The translations under genes and the position numbers were made by a program. A DNA stretch of 63,511 bases, counting the filler, from Klebsormidium nitens (Eukaryota; Plantae; Klebsormidiophyceae), in NCBI GenBank assembly GCA_000708835.1. It is 5 parts of 5 records of this genome, joined end to end, with 100 filler letters (N's around TTAATTAATTAA, not from the genome) between each part and the next. Parts side by side here need not be neighbours in the genome. Positions count along the whole stretch, not along the records: positions 30,225 to 58,792 come from DF236996.1; 4 more parts are not named here. One strand, written 5' to 3'. Positions 36,901 through 48,905 of this stretch are shown here, in pieces. Within the stretch, counting starts at the first letter, position 1. Each line of letters opens with the position of its first letter. The notes beneath the pieces were generated by a model that worked only from the letters and a program-made list of their open reading frames with translations, ran no database searches and was not told the origin of the DNA.

Positions 36901-39900
36901 TCTCTTGGGTGAAGAATGATTGAAAAGCCTCTCTTGCGCATTCTGCCATTGTGAGAGCAGAGCCTTAGGACTAACCAGGATATTTCCTTCATGGGCGGTC
37001 CGTGCCAAGCGCTCAAACCCCTGGTTTCAGAGATGCAAGCACGTCTCCCATCAAGCAAAACCGCACTCTCCTCCAAGATCCTTCTGCGATACGTTCTCCA
37101 AAAGCATCCGGGGCTATGACGTTTTAGATTGTGACTGGGCAATCTGAAGGGATGCGTCTTTGCTGCCTCTGTGCCCTGAATCTCCGTGCAACTGACAATC
37201 TCACAAATACGCGAGCGATTCGTGGACCCTCCTTACCGTACCCAAATCGCCACTCCCCCTTCTCCCAGGGCCGCCATGCTATACGCCACACCCCCCCTCG
37301 GCGAGCAAGCCATTCCCGAGGTCCTCCTCAACTCCCTCGAGCCCATCCGATTAGCCGGGCGGCTTCTCGACCCCCCTGCCGCGGCCGCGTACTCAACAAT
37401 CGCTGAAAACGGCGCTGCGGCCCGCTGCGCATTCGCAGCGGCACTGTTTGGTGACGTCATCGAGGCGGCGTTCTGGGTGCGCCTCCCGGGGGAGCTGCAA
37501 AGGCTCGCGGACGGTTCAGCGGGGCCGGACGCGTTCTGGACACATGCTACGGACAGCGGGTGAGCGCATTGGACTGCCAGCTCAGATGCTTCAGTCTGCT
37601 TTTATTTTTTAATGCAATTTAGAGGCCGTAAAAGTCTTTGGTGGAGTCCGGCTCAAGGCTTCTGTCTCCTTCGTTCATGGACCCATTCGGCGGGGCCGGA
37701 CGCGTCTTGGACACGCGCTGCGGACAGCGGGAGAGGATTGCGGAGTGCAAGCTCAGATGCTTCTGTCCCCGTCGGTTTCCTTCTATATACAGGTCCTTAA
37801 ACTCTTCAGCGCGAGTCCAGTTCAAGGCTTCTGTCTTTTCGTTATTATTGTGAGATAGAGGTCCTGAGATCTCTCAGCGCGCGTGAGTCCGGTGATACTT
37901 GTTGCGCAAAACGCATTGGTGGGGAAGGACAGATACCATGTTTGGAATCTTTCGCATCGAATTTAACATTGACTGTACCGAAGGTCGCTTCAGTGACGCG
38001 CACAGTCTTGACTCCCTCTGCAATTTATGATCTCAGCTTCTTCAACTTAGACGCTTCGAAGTCGACCATATTGCGTATTACTCAATCTCCTTCACGTACT
38101 CAGAGCATCCAAAAAGAGGAGCCGAAGACGCGCAAATATCCTCTCAGCGTCCGCATCATGATTGTCGACCTCCGTTTCTAACCTATTTTCGACCATTTCG
38201 GACAGAGCTCCTAGCGAACAACCACCCCGGCGATCGTCCGCTTCCGGCGACCCGTCCAAAGTGGAGCCGACTCGCGTGCCGCCGCCCCTGCCCACCCCCG
38301 CGCCCAGCAACGGCCACGTGTCCCCCGCCCTGACCCGGTTGAACAGCGCGGCCTGGACCGAAAAGGACGCCCTCAAGAAGCTAGCCCGGGAAAGGATTGC
38401 CTGGCACGAGCGGTTACCGGGAGTTGAGGCTTCGCAGAAGAGGGTGCATGAGTAAGTTCTTTCACCCTCCTTTGGACTCGTACAGGGCAGCGAGTTCAGA
38501 ATGTGTTGTCGCGGCTCTGACGTCAGTCTTTCGTACTCTTTCCGAAGTTCAGGAGCTTTCTGAAAGGAGCTGATAGTTTTACGACGTCGAGGAAGTTGGT
38601 AAGACTTCGGTAAAGGATGAGAGTTGCGCTGCAAAAGGTCCATGAGAGAGGGAAAGGGGAAAAGAGGCGACGTTGGAAAGCCGATTTACTGGAGATCTTA
38701 GAGCTGCTTGTTCCGACAAACACACCAAACATCCTTCGATCATGAGGGCTCTCCAATTTATACTCCGCAGTCCAAAGATGGATGTACAGCATGTGTAAAG
38801 AGGTACATGAACCGCACTATTCACACTCACTCCTTCCTGATCAGATTCATCGCAACTGGAGACTACGAGTCCGCTGTGACCCTGCTCTTGTCGACGCCAC
38901 CCGACGCCGCTACCTTCCATAGCGACTCTCTCCGAGCAGTGGTTTTGGCGGCCGCCGTATCGCCCGCGATGCACGCGCTCGCTGTCAAGGTAAGCGGCAC
39001 TACCGGTGTGGTAACGTGAGCACTACCGGTTCGACTACGTGGGCACTACCGGTTCGATTACCGGATCACTACTAGTGCGCTTCTGTAAGCAGCACCGGCC
39101 CGATTACTTAAGCACACCCGGTTCGTCCACCCGTCTTCCAAAAAGGGCCAAGGTTTCCAAACGCTTTCGACATCGCGGAAACTTTGCCCAGACCTATTGT
39201 TTGAGCTTGATCCGGGAAATGGCACTGACAAACTTTGGGCAATTTTTAACCTGGCAAGCCCGCCGAGCTGAACAAGTCATTTGTGGATGTGGAAACCACA
39301 GAGAGGCGCCGCTTTTCGAAAGCACTTGTTTGTATGCGCAGGTCGTGGCTGCGAACATGGTCACCACGCATGACCCGTTAGTGGGCACCCATCTCCTATG
39401 CGCCATCAACCAATACGTGGAGGCCTGCAGTCAGGTAAGGCCAGAACAGTTTCTGACGGAGGCTTTTGTATCATATCTTTGAAGAAGCAGCCAGCCGGAT
39501 GGCATCGGTTGAAAGATCATACATTACATTCCCGATTAGGAGACACGACCCAAGTCTCGTAGAACCATGAAAGCGCGCTGTCTTGTCCTTTCCTGTTCTT
39601 TCCGAGCACCGTTGAACGATTGTAGATCACCCAAAACGTAGTTGCCTTGTTGGCTGGTTTTTGGATCGTACAGCTCTGAAGCAGTCCTCTGTATACTGCT
39701 GATGTTTTTAGCGTCAGCCAGTCCGATCCCTACGATTTTTCTGCACATAAACCAGTCATCTACCCTCCTTGCCCCGCAGAGCAAGCGCCTTCTAACCCCA
39801 GAAATAAGTCAGTAAGTCAAAATGAGCCGTTACTTCCCGTGAAAACAGTTTCTTCGCCTCCAGGACAGCCTTCAAAATACCTTCTCTGCACGCACGTTTC

Positions 39901-40490
39901 GCGTGCCTCACCATAATCTTTCGGGCTCGATGCAGTTGCAAGAAGCCGGCCGATGGACCGACGCCGGGACCCTTGCGGTGACCCATCTCGACGGCCTGGA
40001 GCGCGCGCGTGTTTTGGACCGGTGGGCCACGCACGTTTTGTACAGCGAGCAGAGCTTGTGGCGCGCGCTCATTCTATTCGTTGCGGCCGGAAATCTCTCC
40101 GAGGCGTTGGCCGCGCTCCACAGCGCGCGGCTGCCCGACACGGCCGCGATGTTCCTGCTCGCCTGCCACGAGGCCAAGGCAGCGGCGGAACGGAAACGGA
40201 GCGGAGTGGAACGGAACGACGAGGAAAGCGAAACGGAGAGTAGGAGTGAGACGCAAGGTTCTAAAAAGAATCTCGCTGATAAAAGTGGGGGCGAAGGATT
40301 GAAGCCCAGTGTAAGCGCCGAGGGGAAGGAGGCCGCAGCTGAAGGGGGGAATGCTGGTATTCACGGAGGGGGCTTGAGCTTGCCGGGAAGCTTGCACAGG
40401 GAAGAGATCACTGTTGTGGTGGACCATTACGGTCAGTTCCAGCGTTGGCTCGCCCACGTTGTCGGGTCAAGTAGTATATCGTCAGATTAG
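30931..40490 (+). CDS. WDR11: WD repeat-containing protein 11 homolog (plant-type), 13 exons, ~1311 aa
   Basis: Exons 30931-31358, 31754-31884, 32303-32445, 32786-32843, 33664-33796, 34149-35333, 35700-35916, 36408-36718, 37269-37559, 38206-38451, 38845-38989, 39342-39434, 39936-40490. All introns are GT-AG and phases are consistent (3936 nt). Motifs recalled from plant WDR11: LPGPPQRDNRGAAD, CDPFDARQLC, LLYCLHSDGKLSAW, SSSGRYLLVLFRDAPAEVW, MAYRLPYVVMGDRGGNVRWWDV, LQEAGRWTDA. Confidence 0.93.
37515..37856 (+). repeat. Tandem duplication (171 bp period) spanning the end of WDR11 exon 9 and its donor site
   Basis: GCGGGGCCGGACGCG at 37519/37690; GCTCAGATGCT at 37580/37751; CAAGGCTTCTGTCT at 37654/37823. 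Confidence 0.85.
38997..39065 (+). repeat. 23-bp intronic minisatellite (GCACTACCGGT core, 3 copies)
   Basis: Core at 38997, 39020 and 39043, with degenerate copies to about 39125. Confidence 0.85.
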
Positions 40491-41829
40491 ACTGACCCAA
40501 AGAGATGGCAACAAAAAGTCGGAGTAGCCCTGGATCTCTGTCCTCAGGTGCCACTGATGCATCGCTGCTCTGTAGATTTAAATACTGGGCCAGCCTGGCC
40601 GTGACGAGCAAGCAAGGCTGTCGATACCGTTAGCACCTCGGTACGTTAAGTGGACGAGGAATCAAGAGACACACACTCGATGTACCGACTTTAATTGCGT
40701 GTACTCCGAACCCTCGACATCATGCACGGTGCTAGTCCTTCTCAGAAGGATGACGTAACAGCATTACATATTCGAAGCGGCCTGATCACGTGTCGCTTGA
40801 GGTCACTACGTTCATTTGCAGATCGTGAGCAGTAGTGGAGTCCGTTAAGATGCCCCATCATTACAGACTTATGCTGACGAGGTAACGCTGCTTCTGTCCC
40901 GTCGAATGACGCTTACGGGTACATCGGTCGGACGGGTCAGACCATGCTCTCAAAGTATATCATGTGTCTACCGCAATTTCATGATGAGCCGGCTCGCGCT
41001 CCTCTTCCACTATGTCATCATCATGGTGCGCATTGACATCTGCAGCTGCCCATGAGTCTGGTTTTGTATGTTTCATCACATATTTTCAGTCCTTTGTGAA
41101 AAGGACACGCTCTTATAGGTCCACCTAGGTCCAATAGCACTCCGTCTGCATGCTCAGGCTGTCGCGGCAAACGCTTTTGTTTCAACTTTACATATGCTGG
41201 CTTTCAACATGAGCTTCATTTGAGCACTGGGCAATTATAGCCTGGTTTTTCTTGATCGACTCCGACTCTGACTTTGAGTGACTCCGACGCATGCCTAGGT
41301 GGCATGGATGCCTTTCTACGAAATCAGATTGAACGTCTGTATGCGTTAGGACTGAGCCTGCTCAGGCCGCATCTCCTGTACAAGAGAATATTTGCCAGCA
41401 GCGGAACGTAGCTGTCATCAATGATGAACCTGAGCTCATTGCGGGGGACCTTGTCCACACGAAATAGGCGGGCGCAGCTAGCCTAGGTGTCACGGCCCTG
41501 ATTGCGGGACGGGGACATATTCCACGGCCTTTGAACAGTCGAAAAGAAAACAGAAATTGCATACTTTGAAGGCATGCCATGAGATTTGATCCATCTCTTT
41601 CGAATCACAGATTTCTAATTAGTGACTTTTACCTTCCTTGAGGTCCGTCTTTCAGGCCTGCCTTCGGGAAACTACCCAGAACGATGTTGCTCCAAAAGGT
41701 TCGGAGCCTGATTTCAAGTGTTTAGCCTAGTCACGTTAGACCAACAATGGATTCTACCACGACCGATGTTGTAGGTCACATGTGGCTTTATAGACGACTG
41801 ATCTTAGGACATCATGCTAAATAGGCTGC

Positions 41830-41920
41830 TACTACTATAGTCCATAGGGCTTTCTGAGTGGGAGTCTGCCAGCCTACTACTACAGTCCATGGGGCTGTCT
41901 ATGTGGAGTCCGCTGACGCC
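41830..41920 (+). repeat. ~45-bp tandem repeat, 2 diverged copies
   Basis: TACTACTATAGTCCATAGGGCT... and TACTACTACAGTCCATGGGGCT... Confidence 0.7.
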
Positions 41921-42389
41921 CTTGAACACTTCGAGCCCTGAAAGTCCGTTTCAAGTGTAGCTGAGCACACACACTCTGCAAATCGCAAATTATACCTCTG
42001 GCTGCCAATTCCCGCCCCGCCCTACTCAACCTCAATTGACAATTGGTAGATGCAAAGACATTATTGTTTCTGTCAGTCCTCTTCGACGAGCCACTATACC
42101 TTGAAAGCGAGAGTTGATCCAGGTTGCGAGCAGGCAACGAACATACTTAATTCTTCTAAGCCTCAGAGGGCGGTAGCTAAAGTACCAGAGTAGGCCGTGA
42201 CAATATACAGCCAGTATGTCAAGTTACACACCAAACGCGTCGCTCTGGATGGAGGCGGTGCAACAGGGACTGCCGGCGTGGCAGGCACCACTTGAGTCGC
42301 CGTTGTTGAGCATTTCCCCGCATCTCTAGTTAGACAGCACGGCGCTGCGGCAGGGGCTGCTAGCACACCCAGGGTTTGCGGGTTTGGGG

Positions 42390-44276
42390 TTAGCGCGGGT
42401 GCGAGTGCGGGCATGGGGTTTCGCGGGTGTGGGCCTGGGGCCGGGGAATCATTTGCGGGCGACTGTTTGCGGGGGGAGGGGGTAGCATGAGCAGAATGTA
42501 CGGCTGCGGTGCCTCGAGGATCGTGCCTGGTTCCAGCCGGACCAGGATGACGTCAAACGGGGCGATGGGGCCGAGCGCGATGATGCCAGTGTCGTAGTTG
42601 GGATAGAACACGCGCTGCAGCCAAACAAATCAACGGATTTGCGAGACAGTGCGGAGCACGTCACTGTAAGGTAGCAGGTCTTCGAAGTTGAGGCAAGCGG
42701 GTCGCTCTTTCTGCTCTTTGACGTTGTCTTCAGTCGCTGGATGGACCTTCACTTCTTTGCCATTCCGATCGGCCCAATGTTCGGCTGAGCCGGATTCTCA
42801 GGGCTGGGGGGCGGCAAGCGACAAATTTGGTCCAGCGCGAGCCGAATCTGAGAGCTTGCTGTAGACAAAGACAATCTGACGGGACGTCAAAAAAGTCAAG
42901 AAAGAGAGCGTCTTCTCAGGAGACATTCGGAACGCCCTCAGAAAGTCGAAGATCGACCAGTTTGAGGCCTTGTTTATATAGCAAGCGCCAAGCGAAGGCG
43001 ATGTTATGGAGCGAAATCTTCTGCCAGTCGTAGAAAACACTAGAAACTCTCCCTACCTGCCAACAATACCGAGCGATGACCCGAGCCCCGGGGGGAACGT
43101 CCATATCCGCCCAGGCGGCGGTTATGCTGACCGATTCGAAAGAAGAACGATGAGATGATTGCCTGAGCGTGCAAACCGGCCCACACCTGCAAAACGAAAG
43201 TGCTTGTCATGCTTCTGTCCCAATGGCCCAGTGGAGTAATATCGGCTCCTTGCAATCGCAAAGACAATCGCTTCTTGTTTTCTATCGTCCCTGCTGACTC
43301 GAGAGAGTTAGGGGGTGCCGCTGCACTGGCCACTTTTCGACTTCTGGAAAAAGAACAGAACAGAGGGTTTTCCAATCGATTGGACGGCTTGAATGCTGGA
43401 GCGAAGCTCTGGGTCCCAGTCTTCGAAGCCTTCACAGGCTGACCACTCCGTCTCTAACACTCCGCGTCTAACACTCCGCGTCGTTCTCTTCAGTCGAGTA
43501 TCTTCACCTGCCTGTCTGCGGAGCCGCCGACTCAAAGAACGTGAACCGGCGAAGCCTTATGGCAGGGGGTAAGAAAGATGCTAAAGCCAATTCTGAGCCG
43601 AAGTATCAATCAGAAAAGCAAACAAACGAGAAGTTCTTCAACGATGCGCCACTAGTACTCTCTATTAGCCGAAGTCTTCCCCGAACCTCTCAACTTAAGC
43701 TCCAATGAGTTGTGCAAACGCTCGGTGGTCTGTGCTCTAACTTCTGCAGATTTTGGAGCGCCCCAGCCTCTTTTTAAAAGAGCCAAAAGGCGAGTCGGAG
43801 CCTCAGCCCCTCACCTCAAGCTCCGACGAACTTTCAAGCCTGATCTGTGCTTCTAAAAACAAACGACCGAGACACTCCTCAAAGGCAGCCTCCTTTCACC
43901 AACCCCTCCCCTAGAACCACGAACGGTGCACGGGTTAATTGTTCTGTTCTTCTAAATGCTCTAAACTGTCTTTCAAAAAAGCCAAAAAGAGACGAGCTCG
44001 TGCACCAACCCACCTCTAGCCTCGACAACTTGTCCATGCGCACAGTCCCTACGCGCCCTGGCTGTCAAAGCAACGCCGTAAACCTCTCAAACCTCAGTTT
44101 CGCAAGTTCAGGATCGTGAAAACGCAAAGGCAAACGTTTGCACGAACCCCTCACCTGAAGCTCAGACGAGATGTGAACGCGCACGGTCGCGTGCGCGCCC
44201 TGCTTGTTCTGGTTGACGTCGATCACCTCCTTGTCGCTGAAGAGGGCGTCCGTTTCCGTGGTCAGGTTGACCAGGT
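42390..44276 (-). CDS. Unidentified multi-exon gene or pseudogene fragments
   Basis: Exon-like segment 44276-44155 with high GC3 and flanking AG/GT (DLVNLTTETDALFSDKEVIDVNQNKQGAHATVRVHISSELQ), and a segment from ~42620 (RVFYPNYDTGIIALGPIAPFDVILVRLEPGTILEAPQPYILLML). I could not build a phase-consistent model. Confidence 0.35.
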
Positions 44277-46673
44277 CTGTTTTCCAAGAACAGGGGCAAC
44301 TGCGGGACGGAAAGGCATAGCAAAACCGGTGTCAAATGTACGTCCGATTATTTAAGGACAGCCTTGGGAAGCTTCGTTTATACGACAGCAGCCCAAAACG
44401 GGCTTTGAATGAACATGTCAGAGCCGGTTCGTTGATTGCGGCCATCTTCCCCGCCTTCAAAGGGTTTGACAAGCAGGAGCGGTTGAAACGGGCAACTTAG
44501 GCCGGAAATTTTGCAACATGCTCGCCTGCCCTTTGGGCGATCCGCACCTCAAAAGCCCGGAGCTGCGAATAGGTGAAAGAGGAAGTCCAGGTTGCTTGAC
44601 CAAAATCCTAATTGGAACATCTTTGTAAAAAGGAACCTCGCTTGCCCCGCTCAAAAGACCCTTGCCATCCTCAGAAGATCAGCTGCAAACACTCAATCCT
44701 TATTGTGACAAGGCATAGAGCGAGTGCAGACCTTACTCTGACGATCGCCCACACGCTAAAGTGGCCCTTCACTTCCTCAAAGGTCAAATCCCGTTCCCGA
44801 TCTCAAAGCACGTTGGCGTCGTCTGATCCTGGCATTTTTAACCTGCACGAAAACACCATGTATGAAGCTCACGTCGACACTGCAAAGCAGGTAGCTGGCC
44901 CTATGCAAAAGTGACCCTCGCAAAATAATCCGATATAAAACAGATGTACCCACTTTTCGATCCATGCGGCTAACTTTTCGACTAGCAGTCACCATCGACT
45001 TATAGTAGTAAGCTCTTCGTTCGTCGAAGTTTCGAAAAGCTGGGAACCATGAAAAGCTGGGACTCCTGATATCCTCCATTCCGGCAAAGATTGAATCAGT
45101 AGGGACTCCAGACGTTTGCAAAGCGGTCGGCTCTTATGAAGCGGACATTCAATTCTGCTTCGCCACAAGATAGTTCCCTGCTTAGTCAACCAGAATCACA
45201 AGGATCCTTGTAAAAGTACAAGTTGAGAAGTACGTCAGGTGTTTTTGAACAGTACGGCACTTTGCGCTTCTACTTAGTGTTGGACAACCTACCAACAGCA
45301 TCTTGCAGAACTTGGTAGAGCCTAAGAATGACTGTGACATATTGCAACTATGTACCGCCTTCCGGGCACCCGGGGAAGGTCTACCAATACACAGGATCAA
45401 ATGCAAAGATCCTCAGACAAACTCTCATCGGGGAGAATTGAATCTGGAACATGACATCTGCTCTGGGTATCTTTGTATTCAGCCATTTACATCAGCGTCC
45501 ATAACTATATCTTCCCTTATATACAAACGAGCTGCTTAGTGTTCATGACGTACCACAAAAATATGCACCCCTTAGTCAAAACCATGCGGGGAATACTGAT
45601 AGGCACGACTTCCTCCGCACAGTCAGTCTTTCTTTCAACACTTGAGGGAGTGCATTGGGAAGAAGGTCAGACGACGGGCAAAAGTGCCTTACTCTGAGGA
45701 TGCATAGATCCTAACGTTGAGCCCCTTGCTGTATATTCAGTCCCTAAGCGCCTTCATTGGCGATGTATCGGCTATCAGGCCCACCTGCAGCCGCCTTCCC
45801 ATGTCTAGTCTTTCAGCATCTGGCGGTCGTCAAAGCAAACCCAGTCATAACCTGCTTGACTTTATCCAATCGCAACAGGTGCGTCCGCAGACTGCCGGAT
45901 GACGGTTTTATTAGCCGGGGAAGTGGACTGATTCCAGGGGTTCCACCTGGCAAGGAGAGGCGGGAAATTGTTAATCACAGGCTTGGGTAGGCATTCATGC
46001 ATGGCATAACCTAGTTCATTTGAAGCAAATGTTTCTGACCAATACCAGGGCAGACCACATTTCCATGGTCTCTCTTAGGTGAGGGGTTAGCTGAGAACCC
46101 TGCCGATTGCATAAGATGGTCGAGCTTAGTGAGGTTCCGGGTAGTAATAACAGGCATGAGCGGCAAACGCATTAGGCCGTTCATCAGTTGCTTGAAGTAA
46201 CGCTCACTACATGTGCAGTGGTTTTGTTGGCGACGTGCTCGAAGAATTGACAATCCGCAGCCCCTCATCAAAGTGTGGGGAGGCAGCCTCTTTAACCTCC
46301 ACCAAGATTAGAGCCTTCACCATGGTTACATCTTTCACCAGCAGAGGCGTGTGATTGACCGGTTTGCGAAAGGAAGACCAGTTAAGCCTTCAGAATCCTA
46401 CAGAACCTTGGCATCTGACAGCCAGTCAAGAAGCAAAGCAAGAGGAATGTTTGCTGAGAGCACATGAGTGGTGTGATCTCGGCGGTCTCTGTACGGGCTC
46501 TCAATTGCCCCCCGTCATTCAACTTCTGCCGCTGATGATCGGACTGCCCCAGCCATGATACAGGGCAATAGCTTTCAGACACCGGCCAGACCAACCCAGT
46601 GTTGGGCAACTTTCTCCATACTCGCGGATGATGCTTACCCTAGTGATTGCAACTTCCGTGTTGACCATTGCCT

Positions 46674-47084
46674 TCATCGCTGCTCTGCGTCCGGCTCACG
46701 TTCAGGATAGGGAGGGGGGGTCTGTTGGCCTGGGACATGGCGCTGCAGAACCCGTTCAAGAAACGCTGTGGTAACTTTCTCGGCTTCAGGAGAACAAAAG
46801 ATTGGGGCAAGAACGCCCCGCATGATCTCGCTCCCGCATCGCTGCGCCATCTCTCGCGCGACTTCCTGCCAGGGCACCCATCTGCCGCGGATATAGACTG
46901 ATCCTTCTGGGATTGACTCAGTTGTTGCGTGGGCAGGCCCCAGGTGTTGCGCAGGGGGTTCGCGGATGCCCTGTCCCGCGAGCGCGCCACCCGCATTTGT
47001 GATTGTCTTCGCACGCTTTCTGTCGCTCGCCTCCTTTCCTTCTTCGTCGCTGCCTGTGCCCTCCTCAGCACTTCTTTTCCCCAT
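46674..47084 (-). CDS. Hypothetical ORF or exon (136 aa)
   Basis: GC-rich open frame with a charged N-terminus and a KRAK motif (MGKRSAEEG...DRKRAK); no family recognised. Confidence 0.25.
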   Translation of the reverse strand: MGKRSAEEGTGSDEEGKEASDRKRAKTITNAGGALAGQGIREPPAQHLGPAHATTESIPEGSVYIRGRWVPWQEVAREMAQRCGSEIMRGVLAPIFCSPEAEKVTTAFLERVLQRHVPGQQTPPPYPEREPDAEQR

Positions 47085-48905
47085 AGCTACCCGCGTCTTC
47101 CTGTGCCGTGCAGCTGGTCAGGGCGGCGAGGTCGGGGGAGGGGCAGGGGATGGGTCAGGGCTTGGCCTTCTTTGAATCTCCTCACCCTTTGGGTCCACCA
47201 GAAACGCCTTTAGCCGTGCACCGGCGCGCTGGTTGACAGAGCAAGAACAGCTGGTCCCAACATTATTCGTAGATTCTGTACACAGTACACAAATCTTGCA
47301 ACCATGCCTCTGTTGCTGGAAAGTGTACTGTTACAACGTGAAAAGTTCTTCCTGTGTGCTCACTGATTGATGCACGCAATGTTGCTGCTATCAGATCAGA
47401 AAAACAAGCAGGACTTCGGGGCTGCATTCGGGCACAAAGCTGTGCACAATATGGTCAGGATTGTGGAAAATACTCATCAAACTCTTCCCCTAGCTTGTGG
47501 TGACGGCCTTGCTTGATTTTGATGTCTCTGTCAAGAAGAGGTCTGCCTCCTTTACTGTCAGTGTCATGCTGCTGCCTCATGCAGTGTCACTTCCTTAACT
47601 GCACTCTGCATTTCTGCATTGCGAAAACGTCGAAAAATGTGAACAAGCTTCTCAAAGCGATCGCATCTATCGACGGCTGTGAACAGACAAATACATCCAT
47701 ACTGCTGACATGGCAGAATCCAATCAGACCATGGGAATCTGCTTTCAAAAAGTTGTGTGTTCACACTCCTGTCTGGCATGAACCTCCGTCCGCTGGCCTG
47801 GTTAAGTAATTTTTGGCGTACCGGGCGCAGTCCGGGCATCCAACGGTGAAATCGTTCTATTTTCTAAGATCGGACGGTACGCCGATTGCCTTTGCTGAAC
47901 AGAAGGCTGAGTCCATCCCCGCCTAAAGGTCGCAGAAAGGAGGGACAGCGCCCGAAAGTGGTGAAGTCCAAAATTGTTATTTTGCCCAGCACCTCAGACT
48001 GGCCGCCATGGCTGCCGACATGGCTGAAATGAGCTGGGAGCAGCACCCATGACCAAAATTTCTCAAACCCAACGGCAACCTGAAGCTATGTGCAACCTAT
48101 AAATTGAATACCAGCTGCTTTCAAAGGTAAATTTGATGCACATTCTCCCCCCAAATCCAAAATGTGCCTTTCAACCCTAAAAGGAGCCTCGGAGGCGCAA
48201 TGGAGGTTTTGTTGAAAGTCGCCGGGGCAACTATACATCAAATTTTGCAATCTCAACGGCAAGACTGCTCTACAAAAAGCAATCCTAGCTTGCTGAAATG
48301 CAAAGTTTGTGGAGAAAGACCTTCTACTCTCCCCCCACAGCCCGTCCCTGCCTCCTCAAGCCCTGAGCACAAGGCAGCCATTGCGGCAGTCTTCTGCTTC
48401 AAATTACTGGCTGTAGGTGTTCCGGTTTAGGCCTTGACTTCCGGGACTTTGGTTTTACTGAGCACTTTGTCAGTCTTGGGCAACCGCTGAAAGTGCCCGG
48501 GGATTCAGCGGAAGTGACCGTCGATGTCACTTCCTCTGGTTCTGAACCGTCCGATGCACATATTTATCTGAACATTCTAGGGGACAAGAAGTTTATGCCA
48601 GACAGGACACTGGTGGGCCTGCTTGGGCGCTTGCGGCTTGATCATGATTTTGCAGATTCCAGAGCTTCAAAGTTCCAACTGCACAAGAAAGGTTCAGTGT
48701 GCAGCGAACATAAAACAGGTGCCCACATGCGCAGGACCAGGAATCAAGCAGACCATTGGCATCAGACATTCTCCAGCTCTCTCTCAGCTCCACAAGGTGT
48801 CAAGCAAGGGCCTGTTACGTCTTTTGATTCAAGTTCTGCGGCGGTTGTTTTTGTTGGGGACCTGGGTTTTGAAACAAAAGAAGGTGCCATCAGAGACCAG
48901 GAACG

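Noticed and set aside
43454-43481. 14-bp tandem duplication CTAACACTCCGCGT x2 (also a 20-bp duplication at about 56762-56800)
   Set aside because: Ordinary slippage duplications with no further structure.
43040-44276. Possible B9/C2-domain or RuvB-like identity for the minus-strand exons (ELQVW...GGYG...GH)
   Set aside because: The spacing and the upstream sequence do not fit B9 domains, and there are no Walker motifs, so it was left unassigned.
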